64,000 nucleotides of DNA from the human T2T-CHM13v2.0 reference genome, Homo sapiens (GCF_009914755.1 NC_060929.1); one strand, 5' to 3'. Positions 1 to 14,230 are shown, numbered from the stretch's first letter. Numbers and translations are program-made. Notes: generated by a model from the sequence alone, not told the origin.

Positions 1-814
1 AAGGTCTCCTTCAGCAAGGTCCACTGTTACAAAGAAAAAAATTAGAAATAGCCAACAAATAAGAAGGTTGTGGCCACTTCCTCCGATGAGGTCACACAGT
101 CAACAGAATTCTTTGTTGGGCTTCACTTTAGCTTACAATTATTCTTTATTTCTCTGCAGCCAAGTCACTAATGTCAAAATAAAAGAAATAATGGGATCAG
201 GATAACTTGCAATTAAGACTTATAATCTGGGTTAGTCAAGGCTTTGAGAAATAACTGCACCAATTCAGCCAAAGTAGAGTGAGAAAGTGTCATTTGGCTC
301 CAACTTCTAACCTAGGTTATAATGATAAACCACTCAACATATTACCAAGTTTTGCTTAAGAAAATACTTTATTGTATTTCCCATAGGTTAAGATCAGGTG
401 GGAGGAAAACTAAATGCCTGGATGTTGGGTAATAGATAAAAAAAAGGGTGAATAAAAGGGAGAAAAGCTGTTAGGAATGTGAAAGAAAGATGAAAAGTAA
501 AAGCATTTCTAGAGAAGCCCATAAAAAATAGTTTTTTCATGTGTGCTGGCTTCTATCACCAGTGAATATAAGAGGACAAGGAAAGGGACTCTGGTGGACT
601 GCTGTTTATGACCATACACAAGCAAATAGACCATACAGCTTTTGTGCTGAGACAAAAGATAGTGTCAAGAAAACCCATACTTTTGCAATGAAGTCTGGAT
701 CCAGATGCATGCCAACATAGAGCTTATGAGGTAACATTCCTTTTGGCAGCAGTGTTAGCCCAGAGTCTCTCCCATTTATCAATGGCTTCTGGTTCCCAGC
801 TCCAGGTATCAGAT

Positions 815-970
815 CAGGGAGAGCCCAGGCTTTGTTCCTGCTCCACTATCTGCTAGCTTTATGGCCTTGGGCAATTCACTTTGTCTCCCCAGCTACAGTT
901 GTCTTATCTAGGAGGGTGTAAACATGCTAGTTACATAGGGCTGTTGTGAGGCTGTTATTAAATGGGATAG
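815..970 (+). mobile_element. MIR (SINE) fragment
   Basis: MIR core-like text 'ctccactatctgctagctttatggccttgggcaattcacttt...gggctgttgtgag'; ends approximate. Confidence 0.6.
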
Positions 971-991
971 GTATCTGTCCCTCTGTCCCTT

Positions 992-1375
992 TGTGGTTAT
1001 TATGGCTGAATGTTTCTGTCCCCCTGCCAAAAAGAAAAAAACCATATATTGAAACCTAATCCACAATATGATAGTATGTGGTGGTGGGATCTTTGGTGGA
1101 TGATAAGTTCTTGAGGGCACTGCCTCAGGAATGGGACTAGTGTCCTTATAAAAGAGACTCAAGGGATCTCCCTCACCCCTTCCACCATGTGAGGACAGAG
1201 CAAGAAGCTGCCATCTGTGAACCAGGAAGCAGACCCTCATAAGACACCAGATCTGTTGGTGCCTTGATCTTGGACTGCTCAGCCTCTAGAATTTGAAGAA
1301 AGAAAGAAATTCCCATTGTTTATATGCTAGCCAGTTTATGGTATTTTGTTATAGCAGCCCAAATGAACTAAGACA
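992..1375 (+). mobile_element. MLT1A-like MaLR solo LTR
   Basis: Typical MLT1 motifs 'gaaacctaatcc', 'gggactagtgtccttataaaagag', 'gccttgatcttggact', ending 'atagcagcccaaatgaactaagaca'. Confidence 0.8.
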
Positions 1376-1830
1376 GTAGGTTCTCAAAAACATCTGTTTA
1401 TTTTCACTCCTACCAGTGGTCATAGCAGAACTGTGTAGTTCTCTTTATGCCTTCAGCCACATAAATTAACGAGTTCCAACCTACCACAAAAGTCTTTCTT
1501 TCTCACACACACACACTGCCCCGCTCGCTACCCAAGCTCCCTTGTCATAACTTGGCTGGCTTTTCTACTATCCAGTTTTCTCTTCTACTCTTTCTCATCT
1601 CTTCATCTGGTAAAGGGATTTTAGTTCTTTAACCTTGTCTTTCCTTTCTGCTTCATCTCTTGGAGCTTCTGTCTGTTTCTGTCCATTATCTGATTTTGTA
1701 CAGACTGGGAGCTGTTTTCCTTGGCAAGCTGGGGCAGGGAGGGTGTCAGGAGGTGAATCCAGTAAGGACTATGTAGTAAGAATTCATTTCATATATCTTC
1801 TGGGTACCATACCTAGCAAAATATAGTTAC

Positions 1831-2180
1831 ATATGAGAAAACTTTTTAAAGTTCATGGAAAAATGGAATTAAACAATAAAAATAAAAATTATAAATTTTA
1901 TTTTTCAACATAAGCTTCATCAATTTCAAGACACTTTTGAAGTGATGATACCAGCCCTTTAGTCCACCTTAAAGAACTGAGGGTCCTGGGGATTTAACCA
2001 TTTTAATACAGTGGTTTTTTTTTTTTTACATCATTAACTAAAGAAAACTGAGTGCCCTTTAAAGGTTTTTTAAGACTGGGAAACAAAAATAAGGCAGAAG
2101 CAGCCAAATCAGTACTGTAAGGAAGATGCCTAATGATTTCCCATGGAAACTCTTGCAAAGTTGCCCTTTTTGATGAGAGG
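1831..2180. mobile_element. HSMAR2-like mariner DNA transposon fragment (one end)
   Basis: Resembles recalled HSMAR2 terminus 'aaagttcatggaaaaatggaattaaa...caacataagcttcatcaatttcaagacacttttg...gaactgagggtcctgg'; breaks off at the hairpin at 2181. Confidence 0.6.
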
Positions 2181-2281
2181 TCTGGGTTAGCATCTGGTAC
2201 TGAAGCGAGATGAGGTAAGTTTCAAAACTTTACATTTATAACAAGTTCCCATCTCGCTTTAGTACCAGATGCTAACCCAGA
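2181..2281. repeat. Short inverted repeat / hairpin (32 bp arms, 37 nt loop)
   Basis: 2181-2212 TCTGGGTTAGCATCTGGTACTGAAGCGAGATG versus reverse complement of 2250-2281: 31/32 identical. Confidence 0.95.
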
Positions 2282-2331
2282 TCTTCAGGCTGAGGTTCTT
2301 TTTCACCCTTGTCCTGTGTTCTCCAACTGCA

Positions 2332-2474
2332 TGGCTAACACGGTGCAACCCCATCTCTACTAAAAAATACAAAAAATTCGCCGGGCATGGTGGCAGGCTG
2401 AGATCGCGCCACTGCACTCCAGCCTGGGTGACAGAGCGAGATTCTGTCTCAAAAAAAAAAAAAAAAAAAAAAAA
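2332..2474 (+). mobile_element. Truncated, internally deleted AluY-like element
   Basis: 'tggctaacacggtg...ctactaaaaaatacaaaaaatt..ccgggcatggtggcagg|ctgagatcgcgccactgcactccagcctggg' plus A24 tail; 5' part and centre of right arm are missing. Confidence 0.9.
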
Positions 2475-4779
2475 GGAAAGTTTTAGGAAGATTGAAAAAT
2501 AATAATGCTCCAAGAGCCCCGTGTTATAGTTTGCAGAGATAATCTCAGCAAGACAGAAAACCAAGTCTTAAGTTAGCAGAAGATGGCAAGAGCTGAACTC
2601 TAAGATACCCCTCCTTGTTGGAGTCGTATGATGAGACTCCTGGAATGTAAGAGGTGGGGATAAATTACCCGTAATTTGTATTTGAAGAAAGAAAATATTA
2701 TGTGTATGTTGTCAGAATGAACAAGAAAGTTAAAGGAAATTCAAGAGGAGGCAAAAACGCAAAAGAAACACTCCGTTCTGAAAAAGACTTGTATCTATTC
2801 TGACTGGCTCCCCAACATCCTGCTCCCCTTCAAGCCCATTCTGGCTTATTGCAAGAACATAATTTGGGGCATTTGTGGCTTTGCACGCTGTTCAAAGTCA
2901 AGATCAAGCCAGGTTTAGTTTCTTTGCTGTTTTTTCTGTTTGTTTGTTTTTGTTGGTCAGCACTCATTTGTTCATTTAACAATTGTTTATTGATAATTCA
3001 CTATATGCCAGGTACTATATCTAGAAGTGGGAACACAGCAGTAAACAAGATTGATAAGACCCCTGACTCATGGAGCTGACATTCTACTGGAGGACACAGA
3101 TAGCAAACAAATAAACATTGAAAATACATGGAGCTTCAGATGGTGTTAAATACTTTGCTGGGCCACACTAAAGGGTATCTGTGGGACTACGCTTAAACTT
3201 AAATCCCACTGGGAAGTCTGGTTCCTGAGAATAACCTTGTGGGCCCTTGTCCTTGAGAAGCTGGTGACTGTAGCTCTATGTGCATGTGTATGTTGGAGTG
3301 TGTGTATGTTGGAGTGTGTGTGTTATTCCTGTTGTTTTTGATATGAAACAATAAAACCTAAGGCCAAATTATTGCTCTAGGTTAGATCAAGGTTCTTGGG
3401 GCTCAGGTTTTCTCTTCAAGGTGGCATTTTCAAAGAAACGGGAGGATTTTAATAGTTTACTTTCTCTTGAGAGTTTTAACTATTTTGCTAATATTTACCC
3501 TAAATTCTTCAGGTATATTTATGTGTATTGTTATAAAGCTTGGACTAGAAACAAACAACGCCCCACCAAAAAAACTAATAAGTTATGTTTGACTCTAATC
3601 AGCAAGAAATTATGAATCATTTTATGCCTAAGGCCCTAACAAAACTCCCATTATTTCTCTCTTAGTACATCTTAGTGTCCAGTCTATCTTTTCTTTATGT
3701 TTAGGAATAGAAGGAACAAAGATACCAGCAAATTTTTGATACTGAATTTGTGTATTGAGTGGCTAAAAGTAATCTGATGCATACTGAGATTATCCAAAAA
3801 ATGCTCTGTTTTTTTTTCATTGTTTATATGCAACAGTGGATCTTTTGATGTCAAGTTTATTTGAAATAAACAATGTGCCCTTGGTAGGAGTATTCATTTC
3901 TGCAAATGCTCAGAAATTATGCTTGACATGCCAATCTGAAATCATGAGTTTTGTGAATGAGTTTTTGTTTTCAGAACTATTTTGAAGTGTACTTTAATGC
4001 CATAAAATCACAAGCAGTCTGTTTGACCCAAAATGAGTTCCTTATCAACATGAAGCCCAGTTATCAGGAACTTCATTAAACAATTTGGCTAGCCAGAGTT
4101 CTGATTGATTTTACAGCAGACAAGTTCCCTCCTTATTAAAAAACAAAACAAAATCCAACAACTTCTCATTTAAGCAGATGTTCATCTTCATCTTGTTACT
4201 GGGTTGTTGGCATAAATTGGTAGCCTCAGAGAATGCAAGGAAAAAAATAGAAGCTGGTGAAGAGATGGTGTTGTTTTGAATAGAGTCAAACACAATGACA
4301 AATCGGCTTCTGTAGTATATTGTTGTTGCAGGCGGGATGTGTGGATTGTTGGCCTGTTACATAACTAAAAACTTCCTTTTGCTTGTAAATGTCAAGATCA
4401 AACAGAGGTCAGTTTTAAATAGCTGACCGGTGCTAATAAATGTGACTTTCTTGTCTTGGAAAAAGCAAAAAGCCTCATGCCTTAAGAGTCATGGCTCTGC
4501 TGTTAGGAGGAGGTGTCTTTGTGTATGGGCTTAACCTGTATTTTGTTCATGAGATTTTCTTTGAGATGGTAAATGAACTTTCCCTTTGCTTATTGTCTAC
4601 AAATAAATTAGTAAGTTAGGTATATGCTTTTGTTCAATTATTCATTCAATAAATATTAATCGAGTTTATACTATGAGCTAGGCATTCTGTTTGGTACTTC
4701 TGTGAATTTTAGCTATGTATTTCTCCAAACAGTCCTGGAAAATTGTATATGCCATTTTGCAAATGATGAAAGCTCTTTT

Positions 4780-5830
4780 GTGGGTTTGCAGCCCTCTTGT
4801 CTGCTCCTTCTATAGACTCTCCTTGGTGATCTGACTTTAGCATACACAATCTGCTGAAAAGCCTTAAGTCCTCACTACTAGTCCAGGTCTTCCCTGACTT
4901 CAGACCTAATTATGTATACTGAACAGCTCCACCAAGGTTCTCACAGACAACTCAAGCTCTCCATCTCCATCTCCAAAATTCAACTTACCTGCTTCTTGCC
5001 CCAAACCTGTTCCTTCTCCCACATTCCCTAGGCCAGTGATCAGTGCCACCAGCCACACTGTGCTGCTTTGATTCTTTCCTTTTCCTCATGCCTCATATGC
5101 AATCAATTGCTGAGTACTACAGGTGATGACTCCCAAATCACTCTTGAATCCATCTTTTTTTCTCTATCTCCACTATCACCATTTTTGTCCAGGCTACCTT
5201 CTGCAGTGCCTCTCCTGACTTTACCTTCATTATGGCCCTTGTTTAATGACTCCTCAACACTACACCAGAATGAAGGTTCTATAACAAAGATCTCATATTT
5301 CTCAACTTTAAATCTTAAATTAGCCTGATTTCACTGTCAGGGTCAAATCTGTCCTCTAACAGATCTTACAATGCCATTTATGATCCGACCACCTGCTTGT
5401 TTCTCCAGCTTTACCTTACACCACTCCCTGTATACCACTATTACACCACTTTCAGTTCTTTAAAGGTATCATATCCTCTCTCACCTTTCTAATCTAGAAA
5501 AAACAAAGGCCTCATTTCTTAGAGTCAAATTATCATTAATACACCCCTTTCCCTCTGCTTCTGCCTAGAATTTCTCTGCTAACTTTCTCTACTTCCTCTT
5601 ATCGCCTTACTCATTATCCAAAGAACCCCAAGAGACTTCTTTTCAGATCCTCAGTTAGATGCCATTCCCTCCAAAATGCACTTCTTCTTCCTTCAAGTTT
5701 GGGTTAGATGTCCTTAGGTGCTTTCATAATCTCTCTCCCACCTCCCGCCGATAATAATTGCTTGTCTGTGTCTCCCACTATACCATATAACACATGGAAG
5801 AAGCTCAGACAGTAACTCCTCTGAGGTCCT
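4780..5830. mobile_element. L2 LINE fragments
   Basis: Degenerate L2-like pyrimidine-rich text (e.g. 'ccaaacctgttccttctcccacattccc', 'cttgtctgtgtctcccacta'); boundaries approximate. Confidence 0.55.
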
Positions 5831-6386
5831 AAGCCAAATTAGAATTCATTACTTGTCCCTTTTCTGTCAAAGCCCATGTTTTTTCCATTATACATTTGGA
5901 GTTGACCCCTACACAAGGAGGGCCATTGAAGGAGGCACATTCTGATCTGTGCTCAAGAGAGAAAACAGTGAGGGACTGAGAAGGACAGATTTGAGAGACC
6001 AAAGCCAGGCATATCAATGTGTAGGCTCTTATAAAAATCCAGTTTGGAAATGATAAAGGCCTAAATTATTGGTGGAGAGAAGACAGAGACAAGATATATT
6101 TATGAGTTGGATTTGGTGATTAATTAAATGTAGAAGTTGAAGGGAAAGTAGGATTCAAGACAGATCCCAAGTTTCAGGTGACTACGTAACCTGTGGTTAC
6201 CCAACTATCTTATGTTAGAATCATTAGATGTTAAAAATGATTCATTTCTTATGGACAACTCCATGCAGGCTCAATTTACCACTTACGCTATAGATTCTTC
6301 ATCCAAGTTTTGGATGATTTTAATCTCCTTTTTTAGATCTTCTGAATCTTGCAATCCTTGGATATTATGTCAGATCCTTTAACTCT

Positions 6387-6608
6387 GGGGTGTCTAATCT
6401 TTTGGCTTCTCTTGGCCACATTAGAAGAAGAAGAATTGTCTTGGGGCACTCGTAAAATACATTAACACTAAGAATAGCTGATGAGCTAAAAAAAAAAAAT
6501 TCACAAAAAACCTCATACTGTTTTAAGAAAGTTTACCAATGTGTATTGGGCCACATTCAATGCCATCCTGGGCCACATGTGGCCCACGGGCTGCAGGTTG
6601 GACAGCTT
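6387..6608. mobile_element. MER30 (hAT-Charlie) element
   Basis: 'ggggtgtctaatcttttggcttc...ccacattagaagaagaagaattgtcttgg...ggttggacagctt' with terminal inverted repeats. Confidence 0.8.
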
Positions 6609-6816
6609 ATTTTAAGCCATTTCCTGGAAATAGGTTTTCTTCTATTTTTCAGTCCCTGGAGCTTCAGGGAGAAAATTTTGGAAGACCATGTGTTTTGTGT
6701 ATGAAGATCTCATTTATTAGCCTCAGAAAGTGTTTAATGTTGAAGTCTGGAGTTACACCAATGCAAATCTCTTGAGGTTATTGAATGAGTGTATAGTGAC
6801 ATGCAGTGGTCTAGTA

Positions 6817-7336
6817 CAGAGGTCTTCAAAATTTTGTCCAGCAGGTCCCTTGGAGGTTCCTAGCACTCTTAAATGATCTTTAAAGTTAAAAGATTTGGAT
6901 AATAGTTAAAATTATTTGGATAATAATACTAATAGGTTATTATTCTTTTCTACTATCATTCTTTTATGGGTGGAGGAGAGTCTTCCAGATTCTACATGGC
7001 AGAATGTATGCAGAAGCAGATATGAAAGTCCCAATGTCCTTTATTAAACCAGACATTAAGGAAATATGCAAAATGTAAAACAATACCACTTTTTTACTGT
7101 TTCATTTTTGTTTAGTTTTGAAAGAGTTATTTTTAATTAAAATATATTTTTGTGTTAGGATATACTGAGTTTATTTTTAAACAAATTAATAAAAGCACTT
7201 TTAAATTTCTAAGTTTTACTTTCTGATACAATAAATATCAGTAGATATAGCCCACATTAACAAAAACTTTTTAAAGTCCCCAGTAATTTTTAGAGGTGTA
7301 AAAACGTCCTGAGCATCAAAAGTTTACAAACTGCTG
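6817..7336. mobile_element. hAT-Charlie DNA transposon relic
   Basis: 'ccagacattaaggaaatatgcaaaatgtaaaacaataccact' and 3' end 'aaaagtttacaaactgctg'. Confidence 0.6.
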
Positions 7337-9592
7337 ATTTATGACTCTGTAGAGTGTAATTCAAGGAGCACAGCCTGTTTGGGAATATGAATCATGTTGG
7401 AAACCACCATTACATAAAATAGATAGTAAATTAACATAATTTTATTAATAAACAAAATAGTAAATGCTAAACAGACTTCCAAAGAGGGGAGCCTCATCAG
7501 TGGCTGGTAATTGTAACATTTGGTCACTCTATCACTGAACAGAAAATGTCCTTCAATTAGTAGGAGGATATCAATGAAATGAACATGTTCCTTATTCATA
7601 TTTCCAAAGACCGTGAATGAAAAAGGAGTTGTCCATATTATGGAGACTCTTCGTTTTCTTCCTGATCCCCAGTATTTGTGCGTCTAAGCTCCCTGAGTCT
7701 GTTTGGTTTTTCCCTGCTCACTGAAATTCTTCCTCCACTGCCTGTTGTCAGCTTCTTAAGCCTATTTTCACAATATGCCCTATGTTAACCCATCCCACTC
7801 ACTTATGCCCTACGTTGACACTGCATTTCTGATTCTGACGGGATGATTTTAAATTTATAGCACACCCAGGCAGATAAATGCCTTTTTCAGAATGGTTTAA
7901 GGGAGGAAAGGGTAAAGGCTTCTCTCTGGTTTTGCCTAAGATGGAGAGCAGTCTTGGTGTCAGTGGTCTGAGTCTGATCTGCTCAGTCAAGGAAAAATAC
8001 CTCCAGGGAGTGTTCTTTAACATGGTGAACAGCAGAGAGGCATTTGCTGAGAATGACTGATTACACAGAGTATAATATGCAGGCAAATATAGGAAAAAAA
8101 AGTTCTAGAGAGGACATATAATGGGTTATGAAATCAATCAATCAAATTCAATTTCCTCCCTAAGGAACTGGTAAACAAAACAAAACAAAAACCTGTTACC
8201 TAATATAAATAAGGGAGCAGTTCTAACCATTTCTAGATTTTAATTTCAGGCCATGGGACTTCTGTGGATTCTATTCTATTCTTGTCCTACCCCATCCAAG
8301 ATGTCTACTTCTTACTTCAAAGTCCATTATTATCTGTGTATGTACTCACGTCCTGTGTAAAAAAAAAAAAAAAAAAAAAAAGTACGAACTCTAAAGTTTC
8401 ACTTACTCGAACTACCTCAAATATGTTGTCTCAGGTTGTTTCCCTTAGTAACACAATGGACTGCTGCTTCATCCTGCCACTTTGAGTGTGTGGTGTCCTT
8501 GTCCACCCCCACTTCCCATCTCTATTCCTCTGTTCTCATCTTGAGTATTCTGTGTTTTCTTTGGAACCCACACACTCTCTAAAGAAGCAGTAAGCTGAAT
8601 TAGGATTCCATTCTGGTGGGAACAATCACTTCCTGCTTTAAAATTCATCTGGGAACAGTTGCCTTCCTCATTCAGAGTAGGGGACTCTGTATTTCCTAAC
8701 CTCAAGGACTTTCCCTGAAGTTGCCTAATTTTTGTTTCCAAAAGCCTAAACCCATCAAAGAGACTAATAAGGCCTTGAGAGAAAGGGAGACTCCTGAGAC
8801 AGACTCAAAGATAGCAGAGTGCCTTTTCCCCAAACTGGAAAGTAGAGAGTCAGCTCACTGAGTCACACCAGCATGGGAAGCCTGTACCCTGTTCCATGAA
8901 AATGCTCTGAGAATGTGCCAGTTAGAGGGAGTGTTGTATCCTAGGAATGTGTCCCAGGCCCCTGTGAAATGTCAGCTACCCTGTAGGATCTAGGATTCCA
9001 CACAAGGGTTTCTGGTGGGACGAGAAAGGGCATTGCCAGTGCCCTGAAGATATATAGGGTTCCCAGATGGGTAAACTACCGTGGGGAGAGATCTTCGAGA
9101 ACGGTTGTGTAACTACAGGTGAGGACTTAACGTTGAAATAAGATTTATAGAAAGTAAAAAATGTGCTATTTTTTGTACACTTGGATTTGTGGATTGAGAG
9201 CTGTCTGCTTTGCAGTAGCTCTATTTCTGTGTAATTACTTTATGTCCAATCTCATGTTGACTTTAATTTCTTAGAACCCAATATTATTGCTTTTTGACCT
9301 TTACCTTTAATGATTGCCCTTTATATCCGAGTCAATGATTGATCACCTCATCTTTCCCATGTCTTTTCATTTCTCTCTGGTATTCTTTATCTATTCTTAA
9401 GGCCTAGAGAACTTTTTTGAAGATTAAAGGAAACTTAGGAATCTCTTTGCCTGCATCCCTAACTTTATATTTCAATTATTGATTGGCCTGTTGGTAAATA
9501 TTTCTATTTTCACTTGGAGTTTAAATGAGCCTTTGTTAAGGCTTATTAAATGATCCTTTATTAAGGATAATTTTCCCCAAAATAACGTGAGG

Positions 9593-10370
<778 letters not shown>

Positions 10371-10979
10371 AGAGATTATTATGCTTCTAAGTAGACCCTT
10401 GGAGGTCTATTTTATGTGCGTAAACCTAGAAATGACTACAAAAGCTATTAAAGCCAAAACGTATTAATAAACATAAAAGTCTCTTCTGTCTAGAATGGGG
10501 TTAAGATAAAGATTTTGTTGTTTGTTTAACTCCTAAAATTGAAATGAGACTAAACCCGTTCTGTGAGCTAAATCTACATTCAGATATAGGGCTTCCTGCC
10601 CATTCCACAGGTAGGACAGGTAATTTTTAAAGTGCTTGCCAATGTTATTTACTGCCAGGAAATTTCCTAATTTGTGTTACTAATCCAGTTCAGCTTGCAA
10701 AGCATTTAGCACAAGAGAACGCTTTGTTTTTAAATTAAGTCCCTCCTTTCTCTGTAGCATGAGCTCTACAAGGTCTGGCAAGACTTAATTTGTTTTTCAG
10801 TGGTTTTTGAGTGACAGTGGAGAACTATTCTGCAATATTAATTACCGCATGTAAATGTGTGGGTTGTGGAGGAGAAAATTTTGGAGAACAGACAATAAGA
10901 AGAGATAAATAGGAAATTCACATTACTTAATGGAGTGGTTTTAATAATTGCACCAAGTGATGGATTGGGTGAATGGTGA

Positions 10980-11155
10980 GAAAAAGAGAAGTCTTTTATC
11001 TTTGTGGCTTAAACGTATGAATGGATGGTGCCATGTATTGAAAGAAGGAAGTCCGGGGAAGGAACAGATTGTGAGGAATTCATTTTGAACACATTAATTC
11101 TGATTTGCCTGGTATACATTCAAATGACAATATCAAATAGGTTGTTGGATTTTGT

Positions 11156-11187
<32 letters not shown>

Positions 11188-11640
11188 CTGAAGCTGAGTG
11201 GTTGTACATTTGAAAACTGGGAGTCATCAATATGTGATTGGCATTTAAACTGTGGTACCTAATGAGATTACTTAGAGAAAGAGTATAGATAAAGCAGAGA
11301 GGAGTGCCCAGAAACAAATCCTCAGATCTCAATATGTAGATTTGAAGAAGAGGAAAATCCAGCCAATGAAACTGAGAATCTGAAAGAAATCCAGAGAATT
11401 CTGTCCTAGAAACAGAAAGGGGAGAGTGTTTCAAGGGGCATGAGGTGCTCAAATGTGTAATATTTTATTGTGAGGTTGAATAAGGTGCCCAGAAAATTGT
11501 ATATGGCATTTGGTAAAATGAGGATCAGAGGAAACCTTGACAAGTTCCATTTCAATAACGTAGTCGAGGGCAGAAGCCAGATTAGAAGAGTGGTTGGGAG
11601 AGGAATGTAATTTAGGCTGCTGGCAGCCCTCTTCCCAGTT
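10980..11640. mobile_element. L2 fragment
   Basis: L2-like 'gggagtcatcaatatgtgattggcatttaaactgtgg', 'gaagccagattagaagagtggttggga'; contains the TG microsatellite. Confidence 0.6.
11154..11187. repeat. (TG)n microsatellite
   Basis: Direct reading. Confidence 0.95.
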
Positions 11641-11832
11641 ACTGGAAATTTTTTTCCATAGTGAGAGAAAGATATAGAGGTAGAGATAAAAACGGAAAGA
11701 GGGAGGGAGGAAGAGAGAGAGATTGAGAGAGAATGGGCAAAGAGCCAATGGTAGAGTGAGAGATTTCTAAAACTCTAATTTGAGATTCAGGTTCTAGGGA
11801 TGCCTCTACTTCCCAGTTAAATGAACCAATTT

Positions 11833-11995
11833 ATTTTTTATTTTGTTTAGAGACTGGACCCCACTCTTTTGCCCAGGCTAGAGTGCAGTGGCATGATCAT
11901 AGCTCAGTGTAGCCTTGAATGCCTGGGTTCAAATGACCCTCCCACCTCAGCCTCCCAGGTAGCTGACATTACAGGTGCAAGCCACCAAACCTAGC
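11833..11995 (-). mobile_element. Old Alu monomer (FLAM/FRAM or AluJ arm)
   Basis: 'gcccaggctagagtgcagtggcatgatcatagctcagtgtagccttgaa...ctcagcctccc'. Confidence 0.85.
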
Positions 11996-13499
11996 TCAGT
12001 TATCTTTTTAACCTAAACATATTTGCACTGAGTTTCTATAATATAACTGCAGTGACCTTGACAAATAGATAAATTGGTGACATACCTGAAACTGGAATTT
12101 AGTACAATCCCCCCAAAGGAATTCTCTGTACCTCTTTTCTTGGCTATGGCCATGGAAGTAAAGGACAAAGAAAGCTCTCAGAGGTCAGAAACAGTCAAAT
12201 TGTTCAGCTACCTCCACTCACTGCACTGCCAGGACAGTGAGGCCTTTCTATCTCTTGACTAATAGAATGTGCAAATAGAATTTGTGATGGCTGGTGACAA
12301 CTGTAAGTGATTTCCCCTTGCTCCTGATTGTCCTGTTTTTCTGTATATTGGGCATATTAGGGATGGTACATTATTTAATTTTAGATGCTATATCATGACA
12401 ATTTTCATCTGGATCTGATCCAGGAGCGAATGCACATAGTTTGGAGATCTGAATGTAGAGCTAAAGGCAGTAACGATATAATTTTGGCTTGTTTCCTTTT
12501 GAGAGGGAGTGAATGCATTATTGGATTAACATAGAATAGATGCATTATATTATGCAGGAACATTTTAGGAAATGCATATTATGTATAGGTATAAGGGTTT
12601 AATTGTGCTGAACACCCACGGGGCAAGGGTGGACTATAATTGGCTTCCGTTTTTATGCCTGCTTTATTTGGAGAATGGCTCCTTTCTCACTCCAATCTTT
12701 TAATAATTCTATGGCTGTAAATCACAGTATTCCTGGCTAGAGGGAATGACTTTTGAGCACAATATCTAGGTTCTTTCAATTATATTATCTCATTTTCTTG
12801 ACCATAAAAATTGATTCAGGACAGGTTATATGATCTAATAGAGTCTTTTTTCAATTTCTACTGGAAGATGAAGTGCCTTACTACTAAGGCCATGAAACTG
12901 GAAGTCTATAGGTGCCATTTTTCCTACTGTGTGAAGATAGCTTGTCTGCACTGGGAAATAACAAGGCAAACACATAGGAGCAGCACTAAGAATTGGAGGT
13001 AGGAAGAGACAGAATACTATGACCTTGTTTGAGTTTGTGGAATCTAGTTTATGTGAAACAGTACCTATTTCTGACTCCTTACTTATATAAGCCAATAATT
13101 TTTATGTGCCTTTTTAAAAGAGTTCAATTACAAAAAATGACAACAGTATGAGGTGATTGTTTTACGAAGTTTTGGAAAAGAAGCAAAAGTATGGGATGAT
13201 AATGGAGAGGGAGGCAATGGAGAGTTCAGTGGACACCTTTCATTCATGGAAATGTCTATGTCATGTTTATATGCTGAATGGAATCTTTCAGAAAGAGTAA
13301 ACTAGAAAATGCAGAAGTGGATTGGGGGGTAGGGTACAGAAATTACAGGAGCAAAGGCTTTGTGACAGGTAGGCGTGATAGGAGTCAAAGCCAAGTGCAG
13401 TGGCTGGCCTTTGATAAGCAGAAGAATATCATCTCTATTTGTTCAGTAAGAATGCTTTCCTCTTCAAATAACAGAATCCCAATTAAAGTAATGTAATAA

Positions 13500-13834
13500 T
13501 GTTGCAGGACTTTTCCTTAGTTCAGCTAAAGATAGGGTCCTTGTCCAATGACCAGCAAGGTTTAGGCTCACAGGTTTGAAGGGTGAATACAGCAGGGTTT
13601 TATTGATTGAAAAGGAAAAAAAGGGGAAGCAGGGATTCTCCACGAGGCCAGAGTTCCTGTTGGTGTGGTTCCCGCCTTGCGTTTGAATCCCAGGTTCCAC
13701 ACAGGAAGAGGAGAGGCAAGCTCCTGCCTGCTGCAAATGGTGTGAACTGTGTGGCTTGGCCTCAGTGCGCATTTCTTCCACTGCACAGGCCAGTTGAAGT
13801 TTTGCCAGGCACCCCTTCCTACCTGGCTGTTTCA
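13500..13834 (-). mobile_element. ERV1-class solo LTR (MER61-like)
   Basis: TG...CA termini, 4 bp TSD ATAA (13496-13499 / 13835-13838), AATAAA on minus strand; family name from recalled consensus. Confidence 0.75.
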
Positions 13835-13925
13835 ATAATGCCAGCTATCATCTTATATAACAATATGTCTATAGGTGGGCCAGTTTCACAGTTGGTTAAT
13901 TCAGTGGTTCAAGAATGTCACCAAC

Positions 13926-14230
13926 GGCCAGGTGCAGTGGCTCACACCTGTAATCCCAGCACTTCAGGAGGCCAAGGCAGGTAGATCACTTGAGATCAGG
14001 AGTTCAAGACCAGCCTGACCTACATGGTGAAATCCCATCTCTACTAAAAATACAGCATTAGCCAGGCGTGGTGGCGTGCACTGTAATCCCAGCTACTCTG
14101 GAGGCTGGAGCAGGAGAATCACTTGAACCTGTGTTGGGGGGGTGCGGACGTTGAGGTGAGCCAAGATCACACCACTGCATTTTAGCCTGGGTGACAGAGT
14201 GAGACTCTGTCACAAAAAAAAAAAAAAAAA
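13926..14230 (+). mobile_element. AluS, full length
   Basis: Complete dimer with A tail; TSD core GTCACCAA. Confidence 0.95.

Noticed and set aside
3285-3322. 16 bp tandem duplication TGTGTATGTTGGAGTG; also ATGTGACT repeats near 30055
   Set aside because: Ordinary slippage duplications with no spacer structure; not CRISPR-like.
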